From Acidimicrobiales bacterium (GTDB lineage: Bacteria > Actinomycetota > Acidimicrobiia > Acidimicrobiales > SZUA-35), in contig JAHDDW010000008.1 of NCBI GenBank assembly GCA_020629155.1, forward strand, positions 36,175-100,174: a stretch of 64,000 nucleotides of DNA. The letters run 5' to 3'. The first letter of the stretch is position 1. Each line of letters starts with the position of its first letter. Below the pieces are notes generated by a model. It did not search any database, was not told where the DNA came from, and saw only the letters and a list, made by a program, of their open reading frames with translations. The position numbers were made by a program, and so were the translations under genes. Shown piece by piece: positions 1-8,762 of this stretch.

Positions 1-1428
1 TGCACCTACGCTTGTGAGCGCAACAACAGCTGCCTCTACATCTGCTTTCGAAGTCTTGCCTGCAAAAACGGTTAGAAGTGTTGCATCTGCTTTACTCGCA
101 AGTGTGAGAGCTTCACTAGTAAGGTGCGGTGAATCTAGAACAGAAAGATCAGATTGGACTGAAAGATTCTTGAGCAGGTTAGAAAATGAAACCGACGCCA
201 AAACGTCGTTTGTGTCTCTTTGTATTTTTCCTGCTGGCAAAATGATTAAGTCGCTGTTCAGAGCTTCTAAGCGGACAGCAATTTTTTTTAGGCCTACTTC
301 GCTGTCCCTGGAAAGAAACTCTGTTAAACCAGGAGATTGGTGAGAACCGATAGTGGCGTGTACCTGCGGGTTACGAATATTTGTATCTAATAAGACGACA
401 CGTTTATCTAAATAGCTCATTGAAAGTGCAAGATTTAAAGCTGTGCTGGTTTTCCCCTCGCCAGGATTAGGGCTTGTAATAACAAGCGAGTTAACGTTTT
501 GGCTTTGCTGAATGTGGGAGATAGTTGATCTGAGTTTAAAGTAATGTTCTGCCATCTGCGAGTCCCTATGGCTTACTGTGCAAAGGGGAATGTCTTTTTT
601 CTGTATTCCAGAGTGAGGCGGAGGAATAGCCGCGATAACAGGCACAATAAAATCTTCTAGATCTGAGGGTCTTCTAATTGTAGTGTCAAAATAATCTGCA
701 ACCAGGGTTGACGCTACTGCGACTATTGCGCCAAAAACTATGCCGATAAGCAACATAGTCGTAAATCCTATGGTGGATGATTGAGTGGGTGGAGTTGCCA
801 TCTGGATAACTTGGGCAGGGCCATTTTTCCCTAAACTTTTTGCTAGTTTCAGCTGAGAAATAGTAGTGCGTAGATCGACAATCGACTGCTCAAGCCCAAG
901 ATCAGCGTCTGTGTTCTGTGATTGATCGGTTGTGAAAGCCAGCTCATTTTCTAGATCTTGTATTGCTGCGTCAAATTCTTTTAGTTGCTGTTGATTTTTT
1001 GTTTCGACATAACTTTGGGCCCATAGATTGGCATCTGCAGCTGCTTTCTCAGGGGATGTGGCTGTTGCCTGGAAGAGAAGAACGTCTGACTCTTCATTTG
1101 TTTGATCTTTTAAAATTTCGATACGAATATTCTGGTTTTCTGGCCCTAGATTATTTCTGACGGCATCACCTGTTGCATAGATTATTTCATTAGCGAGCGT
1201 TCGCTCAGCTATGCCAGGATTGGTTGATGAGCGAAATAAGGTGGTTTGTGCTGTCTGGTCTTCTCGCGCAATGCGTGCCGTAGCAACGTATTCTTTGGTA
1301 TTAAGCAACGAGACGATGCTAAAGAAGAGAGCAAAAAAAAGTACGCACCCTAAAAATAAGGGCATTCTTTGCTTTATAACAGAAATATAGTCAGATAGTT
1401 CTTTGGGCGCTAGTACTGTGCTTTCCAT
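1..1428 (-). CDS. Polysaccharide co-polymerase / tyrosine autokinase (Wzc/CpsCD-like), 3' end runs off the window
   Basis: Not in the ORF track. Manual translation from ATG 1428 gives MESTVLAPKELSDYISVIKQRMPLFLGCVLFFALFFSIVSLL (TM helix). The same frame later gives the Walker A SLVITSPNPGEGKTSTA (~441-489). It lies downstream of a sugar transferase. Confidence 0.85.
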   Translation of the reverse strand, partial: MESTVLAPKELSDYISVIKQRMPLFLGCVLFFALFFSIVSLLNTKEYVATARIAREDQTAQTTLFRSSTNPGIAERTLANEIIYATGDAVRNNLGPENQNIRIEILKDQTNEESDVLLFQATATSPEKAAADANLWAQSYVETKNQQQLKEFDAAIQDLENELAFTTDQSQNTDADLGLEQSIVDLRTTISQLKLAKSLGKNGPAQVIQMATPPTQSSTIGFTTMLLIGIVFGAIVAVASTLVADYFDTTIRRPSDLEDFIVPVIAAIPPPHSGIQKKDIPLCTVSHRDSQMAEHYFKLRSTISHIQQSQNVNSLVITSPNPGEGKTSTALNLALSMSYLDKRVVLLDTNIRNPQVHATIGSHQSPGLTEFLSRDSEVGLKKIAVRLEALNSDLIILPAGKIQRDTNDVLASVSFSNLLKNLSVQSDLSVLDSPHLTSEALTLASKADATLLTVFAGKTSKADVEAAVVALTSVGA

Positions 1429-1492
1429 ACTTTCAAGATGCTATAGCATCTTGAAAGCGCTGTCTGGAAAGGAAAGAAATTAGAGCTTTGCG

Positions 1493-1751
1493 CTAGATGG
1501 TTTTCCCAAGGTGTTTGTGTCTCGACATCCTCAACTGGTCTCGTCATCCCCAACTGGTCTCGTCATCCCCAACTGGTCTCGTCAGCCCCAACTGGTCTCG
1601 TCATCCCCAACTTGATTGGGGATCCCTCCTTGGCTAGATTCCCAGTCGTAGCTGGGAATGACGTGACTAACTGGGAAAGACGTGGACGCAGCTGGGAGTG
1701 ACGTGGCTGTGGCTGGGAATGACATGGTTGTGGCTGGAATAAACCATCTAG
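1493..1751. mobile_element. MITE-like composite repeat: 11-bp terminal inverted repeats around a REP-like hairpin dimer and two tandem arrays
   Basis: CTAGATGGTTT (1493-1503) and AAACCATCTAG (1741-1751). Five 19-bp units GTCTCGTCATCCCCAACTG (1519-1612). Hairpins ATCCCCAA-cttga-TTGGGGAT and ATTCCCAG-tcgtag-CTGGGAAT. About four 20-21-bp GCTGGGAATGACGTG.. units (1651-1732). Confidence 0.8.
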
Positions 1752-1752
1752 T

Positions 1753-3342
1753 CTAATTGGTGGACATACTGCTAGCTGCAATATCTTGTTGTTCTTGCTC
1801 ATCAAAAATTTGGGACGAAACTGTTAGATCGATTGTTTCTGTGACATCAAGTGGTTCGACATCATCGGCGATTGCATCAACAGGTGCCATTTTTTTCTTA
1901 AATATCTTACGAAGTGGCATAAGCACGGCAGTGACAATAACTTGCTCGATGGTTGCCAAGATTATACGCAAGTCAAGCATGATGTTCCAGTTCTCGACAT
2001 AATGTAAGTCGAGTCGTCGGTAGGCGTTGAAAGCTGCGTTTGATCGCGCTTCAACCTGCCATAGGCCTGTTATGCCAGGGCGAACGTCGCTTCTTTTTTG
2101 TAGCTCGTCATCAAAATCTTTCACTTCTTCTGGCAGCGCTGGTCGTGGACCAACAAGGCTCATATCGCCTTTAAGAACGTTGAAAAGTTGAGGTAGCTCA
2201 TCTATAGAAGTTTCTCGTATGAATTTGCCGATACTTGTTATTCTTGGATCGTTCGAAACTTTAAAGAGCGGCCCAGATCGTTCGTTTTGTTCAGCCATCT
2301 GCTTTTTGAGCTCTTCAGCGTTTGTCACCATCGAACGAAACTTATACATAGCAAACGTTCCGTTATGGCCAGTGCGCTGTGAAGTATAGGTGACTGGGCC
2401 TCTGTCTTGTAGCCAAATAGCTAGCGCTGTTCCAACCAAAATAGGTGATGCCAAAATAATTGCTATAGAAGACCCCACGATATCGATTATTCGCTTTGCG
2501 CCATATTGCCAGGTCGGAGGAGCGTTATGGCCAACGACTATAAATGGTTCATGAGCTATAGATTTAACGTCAAACCGTCCTGCTCCCATGCGGCTTACTC
2601 CAGTTGTTAAGTGAAGATCAAAGCCTGATCGGAAAATTTCTTTTGCAATACTTCTAAATCGTTGGCCTCTGAAACCAGTTGTGGTGATAATTGCGCTATC
2701 AATATTTTGCTTACGCATAATTTCGACAAGGCGCCCAGTTGGTCCGATCCATAAGTTTGCTAGGTCATTTTTCTCGGCAATAGCTAAGTTGCCGACAACA
2801 CCAGCAAGAATAAAGTTAGCTTCAGGGTGATCTAAGATAAGTTGTGTGAGCTCTTTAGCCTCGACACCTGTCCCGACAACAACTACTTTCTCTCGGTTGG
2901 CGTTGCGTGCATTCGACAAAAGGTTTCGCACTAAACCTCTTGTTAAAGTGCGGAGGATGAAAACGGTGATAGTGCCAAGGATGATCTCCCACGCTGCAAC
3001 ATACCAGTCGGTGAATGCAGCAAAGACAGCAGCTGCGCCAGCTCCTCCGAGAACTGAAGTAAACACTCGTGAAATCTCTTCCGTTCGAGCAAGATTTCTA
3101 CCCTTAATGTAAAGGCTGCGTCGTTGCATTATAAAAAGTGTTACACAAGCTGCGACAGCAGAAATAGTAATGCCTTCTTTGGAGGCACGTAAAGATTCGT
3201 CGACTGTAATTGTGCTCAGCTCAATGATGGAAAACCATCCAAGGAAAAGAACAACTATGTCTGAGAAAAACTGCAGAACATGCGGCTGCAGCCTTTTTCT
3301 CTTAGATGAAGCCATACGTGCCGTACTCCTAAACCTTCCCAC
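1753..3342 (-). CDS. Exopolysaccharide polyprenyl glycosylphosphotransferase (WcaJ/CpsE-like sugar transferase)
   Basis: N-terminal TM helices, Rossmann-like VVVVGTG, and C-terminal motifs KFRSM, DPRIT, DELPQLFNVLKGDMSLVGPRP, RPGITGLWQV. Confidence 0.93.
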   Translation of the reverse strand: MGRFRSTARMASSKRKRLQPHVLQFFSDIVVLFLGWFSIIELSTITVDESLRASKEGITISAVAACVTLFIMQRRSLYIKGRNLARTEEISRVFTSVLGGAGAAAVFAAFTDWYVAAWEIILGTITVFILRTLTRGLVRNLLSNARNANREKVVVVGTGVEAKELTQLILDHPEANFILAGVVGNLAIAEKNDLANLWIGPTGRLVEIMRKQNIDSAIITTTGFRGQRFRSIAKEIFRSGFDLHLTTGVSRMGAGRFDVKSIAHEPFIVVGHNAPPTWQYGAKRIIDIVGSSIAIILASPILVGTALAIWLQDRGPVTYTSQRTGHNGTFAMYKFRSMVTNAEELKKQMAEQNERSGPLFKVSNDPRITSIGKFIRETSIDELPQLFNVLKGDMSLVGPRPALPEEVKDFDDELQKRSDVRPGITGLWQVEARSNAAFNAYRRLDLHYVENWNIMLDLRIILATIEQVIVTAVLMPLRKIFKKKMAPVDAIADDVEPLDVTETIDLTVSSQIFDEQEQQDIAASSMSTN

Positions 3343-3430
3343 CGACTACCAAGGTATCACTATAGAGGCAAAGAGGTGTGAGCTTGCTAGGAGTTTGGGG
3401 GTATCTGCTTAGCGAATAAGCTATTGCAGC

Positions 3431-4123
3431 CTACGCAGGTTTTTGTGCTGTAAGAAGTTGTGCCGCACCGAAGGTTAGCTGCTGCCTCGCAGCGTCAGCG
3501 AAACCAATTTTTGTGAGCAGCGCTAACATTTCTTCTGGTTCTGGAAGATAGGAGAACGATTTAGGAAGGTATGCATATGCTTTGCGATCTGAAAGCAAAC
3601 CGCCAACTTTCGGGACGATCGTATTGAAATAGAGCGAATGGGCTGACCTGACATACTTGTTGTCAGGTCGAGAAACATCGAGAAGTGCTATTCGGCTGCC
3701 AGGCTTGCAGACACGGAAAAGTTCGGCAAAAAAAGGTTCTAGCGAGACAAGATTGCGTAAAGCAAAACCACAGACAGCCCCATCTACAGAACTATTGCCG
3801 ATAGGCAGCGCCAGAAGGTCGCCTTGTACATAGGTATCGTCTGATTGTGCAGCGCTTAGCATCCCGAAGGAAAGGTCGATTCCTACAGGGGTGTGCCCCC
3901 CTTTGGCTAGGGCAACAACGAAATCGCCTGTGCCACATGCCAAGTCGAGCACCGTTGCGCCAGGTTTGAGCTGGAGCGAGGTGATTGTTTTTTTGCGCCA
4001 CCTTGTATCGAGCCTAAAGGTCATGATGCGATTTACCAGATCATATCGTGGCGCTATAGCATCAAACATGTTTTGAACATCTTTGCGTTTTTTCTCGCCG
4101 TGCGGCAAGTTAACTGGATCCAT
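3431..4123 (-). CDS. menG: Demethylmenaquinone methyltransferase (UbiE/MenG)
   Basis: MFDAIAPRYDLVNRIMTF, VLDLACGTGD, GFALRN, AYAYLPKS. Confidence 0.88.
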   Translation of the reverse strand: MDPVNLPHGEKKRKDVQNMFDAIAPRYDLVNRIMTFRLDTRWRKKTITSLQLKPGATVLDLACGTGDFVVALAKGGHTPVGIDLSFGMLSAAQSDDTYVQGDLLALPIGNSSVDGAVCGFALRNLVSLEPFFAELFRVCKPGSRIALLDVSRPDNKYVRSAHSLYFNTIVPKVGGLLSDRKAYAYLPKSFSYLPEPEEMLALLTKIGFADAARQQLTFGAAQLLTAQKPA

Positions 4124-4127
4124 AGCC

Positions 4128-5180
4128 TTAGGCCTCTTTCTTCGTCAGCTTAACGGCTGTGGCTTTGTGCGATGCTTGTAACTGTCCGCAGGCAGCATCT
4201 ATATCAGTGCCTCGGTTTCGTCGGACTGTGACTTCAACGCCACTATCTTGCAGCTGCTGGGTGAAGGCTTTGATAGTTTCTTTTGACGAGCCGACCGTTG
4301 GCCAACCAGGTGTTGGGTTAAGCGGAATAAGATTTACGTGCGCTCTAGCTTTTTTAGCTACAGAGATGAGTTGCTGTGCGTCTTGAGGCGAGTCGTTTGT
4401 GTCTTTAATCATCGCCCATTCAAACGATACTCTGCGACCAGTTTGATTTCTGTAGTCTTGGCAGGCAACGACGAGTTCTTCAATAGGGTGGCGCTTATTG
4501 ATAGGTACAAGTTTTGTTCTCAAGTCGTTGTTTGCCGCGTGTAACGAAACAGCAAGCCCAACTTGCAGGCGGCGCTTCGTAAACATGACAATCTGAGGGA
4601 TGAGGCCGATAGTTGAGACGGTGACATGGCGTGCCCCAATCTTGAAGTCTTGACAGATTCGGTCAACGGCTGGCATAACGTTTTTGTAATTCGCAAACGG
4701 CTCGCCCATACCCATAAAGACCACATTAGAAAGCCGCTTAGGGTTCGGTAATGTTGCCGATGCTTGCCGTGCGGCTACGATTTGTTCGAGGATCTCGCCG
4801 ACCGATAAGTTACGCTCATAGCCAGCTTGTCCTGTTGCACAGAACCCGCAGCCCATAGCGCAGCCTGCTTGGCTTGAAACACAGACGGTAGAGCGGTCTT
4901 TATAGTGCATCAAAACAGTTTCAATAGTTTTGCCGTCGCTTAGTTCCCATAACCACTTAACGGTTTGTCCGTTGTTGCTTGTTTGTTCTGCAACTTGACG
5001 TAATGCTTTAGGGAACCGTTCGGTAAGTTCTTGACGGAGCCCTTTCGGGAGGTTTGAAATTTCGTCGAAATAGTGGTTATTGTCATAAAGGCCCTGCCAT
5101 AATTGTGTCAGGCGAAACGATGGTAACCCTTGGACAACCTCTGAATAGTCTTGTTTTGTTAGATCCCACGGCGAAGTCAC
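4128..5180 (-). CDS. rlmN: 23S rRNA m2A2503 radical SAM methyltransferase
   Basis: CVSSQAGCAMGCGFCATG, VVFMGMGEP, VSLHA, DIDAACGQL. Confidence 0.96.
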   Translation of the reverse strand: MTSPWDLTKQDYSEVVQGLPSFRLTQLWQGLYDNNHYFDEISNLPKGLRQELTERFPKALRQVAEQTSNNGQTVKWLWELSDGKTIETVLMHYKDRSTVCVSSQAGCAMGCGFCATGQAGYERNLSVGEILEQIVAARQASATLPNPKRLSNVVFMGMGEPFANYKNVMPAVDRICQDFKIGARHVTVSTIGLIPQIVMFTKRRLQVGLAVSLHAANNDLRTKLVPINKRHPIEELVVACQDYRNQTGRRVSFEWAMIKDTNDSPQDAQQLISVAKKARAHVNLIPLNPTPGWPTVGSSKETIKAFTQQLQDSGVEVTVRRNRGTDIDAACGQLQASHKATAVKLTKKEA

Positions 5181-5219
5181 CCACTCTATAGTAGTGGTCT
5201 GTCTGCTAAAGGCGGTGCC

Positions 5220-5424
5220 CTAGATGGTTGATTTCAAGCCTATCCAGGTCGTCATTCTCAGCCAAACGTGTCATCGCCAGCTGTGTCCACGCCATTTCGA
5301 GCTGCGTCCACGTCATTCCCCAGCCACGCCACGTCATTCCCAGCCACGACTGGGAATCTGACCAAGGAGATCCCCAATCAAGTTGGGGATGACGGGGTCG
5401 AGTGGGGATGACGGGGTCGAGTGG
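5220..5424. repeat. Second, inverted copy of the 1493-1751 repeat family (only one terminal repeat visible)
   Basis: Starts CTAGATGGTT. Four degenerate CGTCATTCCCAGC.. half-arm units, hairpin ATTCCCAG-ccacga-CTGGGAAT, hairpin ATCCCCAA-tcaag-TTGGGGAT, then two copies of the 19-bp TGGGGATGACGGGGTCGAG. Confidence 0.85.
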
Positions 5425-5528
5425 AGAGCGTACATCGCCTCAGCAGTATTGATTTTGCTGAACTGCTGAGATTAAAGAACGGTAGAACCTGCGTGGCAAC
5501 GCGCCAAGCGTAGCGGGTAGGCTGCACT

Positions 5529-6173
5529 ATGGCTAAACCAAGAAGTGCTCGTGGAAGAGCACAACGTACATTTGAACATTTAGAAGAGCTGTACCCAGAG
5601 GCACAATGTGAGCTCGACCATAGAAATCCATTCCAGCTTTTGATCGCGACGATCCTTTCAGCACAGTCAACCGATGTGGGGGTCAATAAAGTAACGCCAG
5701 CATTGTTTGAGAAATATCCTGATGCCGAAGCGTTGGCAGTTGCTAACCCTGGTCAAGTGGAAAAGCTGATTGGCACACTTGGACTTTTCAGAAACAAAAC
5801 AAAAAGTATCATCAAATGTGCGAACCAACTCGTTGCAACATTCGGGGGAGAGGTGCCAACCTCAAGAAAAGATCTTGTTTCACTCGCAGGCGTTGGACGT
5901 AAAACGGCCAATGTTGTTCGAAGCGTTGCCTTCGACTTGCCTGGGTTGCCTGTCGATACTCATGTTCTGCGTTTGAGTCGTCTTCTGGAACTAACAGAAG
6001 AAACAGATGCAGTTAAAGTTGAGCACGAGCTTAACCCGATGGTGAAAGCGACAGAGCGCGGCAGGTTCAGTTTGCGTCTGATTCTTCATGGTCGCCGAGT
6101 GTGTATTGCGCGACGGCCTAAATGTGAGGAATGTGTTTTGGCCTATTTCTGCCCTTCTTCAAATCTTATTTAA
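5529..6173 (+). CDS. nth: Endonuclease III
   Basis: LLIATILSAQSTD, HhH LAGVGRKTANVV, VDTHV, FeS motif CIARRPKCEECVLAYFCPS. Confidence 0.96.
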   Translation: MAKPRSARGRAQRTFEHLEELYPEAQCELDHRNPFQLLIATILSAQSTDVGVNKVTPALFEKYPDAEALAVANPGQVEKLIGTLGLFRNKTKSIIKCANQLVATFGGEVPTSRKDLVSLAGVGRKTANVVRSVAFDLPGLPVDTHVLRLSRLLELTEETDAVKVEHELNPMVKATERGRFSLRLILHGRRVCIARRPKCEECVLAYFCPSSNLI

Positions 6174-6227
6174 GAAATATTAGCTACTATCACACACAAG
6201 TAATTTGACTTGAATTATGTTCTTATT

Positions 6228-6314
6228 TACCAGGTTCCCGCCACCTGGTAGCCGCGAAATTGAGGATCCGCCGCCTCATTTCGCACCATCAGCGCCTCCT
6301 TGGAGGCGCTGATG
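6228..6314. other. GC-rich three-hairpin element (candidate sRNA or repeat remnant)
   Basis: TACCAGGT/ACCTGGTA, GCGAAA(T)TGAGG/CCTCATTTCGC and a perfect 13-bp CATCAGCGCCTCC/GGAGGCGCTGATG, set in an AT-rich intergenic region. Confidence 0.5.
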
Positions 6315-6497
6315 CCGTTTTTGGCCTGTTGTAGGCACAGTACTTATTTCGGACAGTTGAGATTTAAGTTGAATGAAACCAGTGATTGATTTTTTATAAC
6401 TCAAATAGAATCGTTACTTAATGGGTAAATAAATAACGAGTGTTTTTGCCTAATGGGTTAAATAACCCCTGGTATATTTGCCTAGTTCGGTGTTGAT

Positions 6498-7001
6498 TTG
6501 TTTGGCATTGTTGCAGTTGTGAAAAGGGTGTTCCAATGGGGCTGGGGTAAAGAAATAATCGGGTTAGAGGCGACTGTGCCAATCGTGTCGTTTATCCCAA
6601 TGTTTATGTTTGCTATTCTTTTCGGGTTGTCGATGGACTATGAAGTGTTCTTGCTTTCGCGAGTCCGTGAAGAATATTTGATAACAAAAGACAATGATGC
6701 TTCGGTGATTCATGGAATCGCAAGCACCGCTAGAGTTATAACATCGGCTGCATTGATAATGATCTCTGTTTTCCTTGGGTTTGTCTTGGGCGACGACCCG
6801 ACAATTAAGATGATGGGTCTAGGGCTTGCCACAGCGATTTTTGTTGATGCAACGATTGTGCGTATTGTGCTCGTCCCTGCAACAATGAAACTTATGGGCG
6901 ATGCAAACTGGTGGATTCCAAACTGGTTAGACCGTTTGCTTCCAACGATCGATATCGAAGGAGAAACAGGCCTTCCAGAACCAGAAATGGAAACTGCGTA
7001 G
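6498..7001 (+). pseudogene. C-terminal fragment of an MMPL family transporter
   Basis: FAILFGLSMDYEVFLLSRVREEY, ARVITSAALIM, DATIVRIVLVPA, NWWIPNWLDRLLP. Only 167 aa against ~700 aa for full-length MMPL, and the upstream DNA is non-coding. Confidence 0.8.
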
Positions 7002-7161
7002 CCCTCTGAAATGTACTAGCTTGACTTTGTTCTTTGCCTCAAGCGAAGATTTCTTGATTTGGCGCTAGGGAGGAGATATTTTTTAGCTTGTGTCAAAACG
7101 TGTGTGTTGATTTAGTGCAAGCTGGTTGTGTCTTGATTTTCCTTGTGTTAAGTAAAAAAAT

Positions 7162-7194
7162 GTCCTAAACTTAATTTTAACTAGTGTTTAGGAC
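7162..7194. promoter_or_regulatory. Inverted repeat, candidate operator upstream of the ATPase gene
   Basis: GTCCTAAAC-N15-GTTTAGGAC ending 5 nt before the start codon. Confidence 0.45.
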
Positions 7195-7199
7195 GGATT

Positions 7200-8612
7200 T
7201 TGTTTGTTGGTAGAATAGCAGAATTAGCTAAAATAGAAAAAATGTTGCAAGTCGATGCTCCGAGTATTGCTGTGCTCTATGGTCGGCGCCGTATTGGTAA
7301 GACTGAACTTATCCGACAAGCGACGAAACAGAAGCCGACACTCTTTTTTGAAGGTATAGAGAACTCCTCAAAGTCTGAGCAAATTGATGCATTCCTTTTC
7401 CAAATAGAGCCGCACCTAGTTGAGCAGCCAAAGAATAAGCCTGTGAAATGGAGAGAAGCTTTTCAACTTCTAACACCTTTCCTTAAAGAAAAACCACATG
7501 TGGTCGTGTTGGACGAGCTGCAATGGTTGGCAAACTATCGCAGTGATCTCATTGTTGACCTGAAACTTATTTGGGATCAACAGTGGAGTCGAATCCCTGG
7601 AGTGAAACTGATTCTTTGTGGATCGATCGCCTCATTCATGAAGGATAAAGTAGTAAAGTCGACCGCTCTTTATGGCCGTGCTGAAACGATTATTCATCTT
7701 CAGGCACTGAATCTTTTTGAAACTAAAAAACTCTTAGAGTGTAATGAGTCAGAAGCGCTCCTTGCACAAATGCATGTTGGCGGTATTCCGCAATATTTAA
7801 ATTTGCTTAAACAGTTTCCTTCAGTCTCTATGGGAATCGCTGAACTGGCCTTTACGAAAGAAGGTTATTTAGCTACTGAATATGACCGAATATTTGTTAG
7901 CCATTTCGGCAAAAATCGGGATTATGAGAAGATAATCAGATATCTATCTGCGCACCCATATGGCAGTGTGCGAAAAGATATTGTTTCTGGCGCTAAAACT
8001 TCATCTGGTGGAAGACTAAGTGAGAACCTAGCAAATCTTGAGGCTGCTGGTTTTATTTCTTCATTTACTCCAGTTGATAAAAAGCATACAAGTACAACTA
8101 TTCGCTATGAAATAACTGATCAATTTCTGAGGCTCTATTTGAACTTCATAGAGCCAAATATGAAGGTGTTGGATACGACGAACGCTACATTTTTTGCATC
8201 AATCTCGACATCGCCAGCATATAGATCGTGGCTTGGACGATCATTCGAATATGTTTGTCGGCAGCACTCATCACAGATAAGTAAAGCGCTTGGTTTCTCA
8301 GCTGTGCGCTATATTGCTGGACCATTTTTTAGAAGAAATACTGAAGAGATGAAAGGTGTGCAGCTTGACCTTCTCTATGATCGGGCTGACAACGTGCTAA
8401 CTATTTGTGAGATGAAATATCACAACGTCAAAATTGGTCAGAGCGTTCTTAGTGAACTGGCGGAAAAGGAAAGTGTGTTGCAAGAGTTATTTCCGCAAAA
8501 AACGATTCAATCTGTTGTGGTAGCAGCCAACGGGGTGACACAAAATCTGGCTGATGTGTTAGGGAAAACAAGAATAGTCGAAGCTCCTGCCTTGTTTGTT
8601 TCAGATGTTTAA
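7200..8612 (+). CDS. Archaeal-type AAA ATPase with wHTH and DUF234-like PD-(D/E)XK C-terminus
   Basis: FVGRIAEL, YGRRRIGKT, VVLDELQW, LILCGS, GGIPQYL, ITDQFLRLY, GRSFEYVC, QLDLL..ICEMKY. Confidence 0.85.
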   Translation: MFVGRIAELAKIEKMLQVDAPSIAVLYGRRRIGKTELIRQATKQKPTLFFEGIENSSKSEQIDAFLFQIEPHLVEQPKNKPVKWREAFQLLTPFLKEKPHVVVLDELQWLANYRSDLIVDLKLIWDQQWSRIPGVKLILCGSIASFMKDKVVKSTALYGRAETIIHLQALNLFETKKLLECNESEALLAQMHVGGIPQYLNLLKQFPSVSMGIAELAFTKEGYLATEYDRIFVSHFGKNRDYEKIIRYLSAHPYGSVRKDIVSGAKTSSGGRLSENLANLEAAGFISSFTPVDKKHTSTTIRYEITDQFLRLYLNFIEPNMKVLDTTNATFFASISTSPAYRSWLGRSFEYVCRQHSSQISKALGFSAVRYIAGPFFRRNTEEMKGVQLDLLYDRADNVLTICEMKYHNVKIGQSVLSELAEKESVLQELFPQKTIQSVVVAANGVTQNLADVLGKTRIVEAPALFVSDV

Positions 8613-8751
8613 GGAGACGGACAAAAATGCATCGGTTGAGGCAAACAAAAGTAAGAATCTTCTTTTCGGCGTGATGGAAGGCGAGTTTATTATTCCATGC
8701 TCGTTCGATAAGCCGCTTAGCGAATTTGAAGCTGAATTCTACGAAGAATAG
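8605..8751 (+). CDS. 48-aa small protein resembling the DUF2281 / Phd-antitoxin C-terminal motif
   Basis: Manual translation MFKETDKNASVEANKSKNLLFGVMEGEFIIPCSFDKPLSEFEAEFYEE; overlaps the ATPase stop codon. Confidence 0.45.
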   Translation: MFKETDKNASVEANKSKNLLFGVMEGEFIIPCSFDKPLSEFEAEFYEE

Positions 8752-8762
8752 AGAAACTTTAG

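Noticed and set aside
14-1160. Plus-strand ORFs 14..343 and 963..1160
   Set aside because: Antisense shadows of the wzc-like gene that the ORF track missed.
1519-1732. CRISPR array
   Set aside because: Units are 19-21 bp and head-to-tail with at most 5-6 variable nt, with no unique 25-45-nt spacers. No cas genes are in the window.
1563-1805. 80-aa ORF with PQPxHSQ repeats
   Set aside because: It is the translation of the 21-bp repeat array and overlaps the sugar transferase 3' end in another frame.
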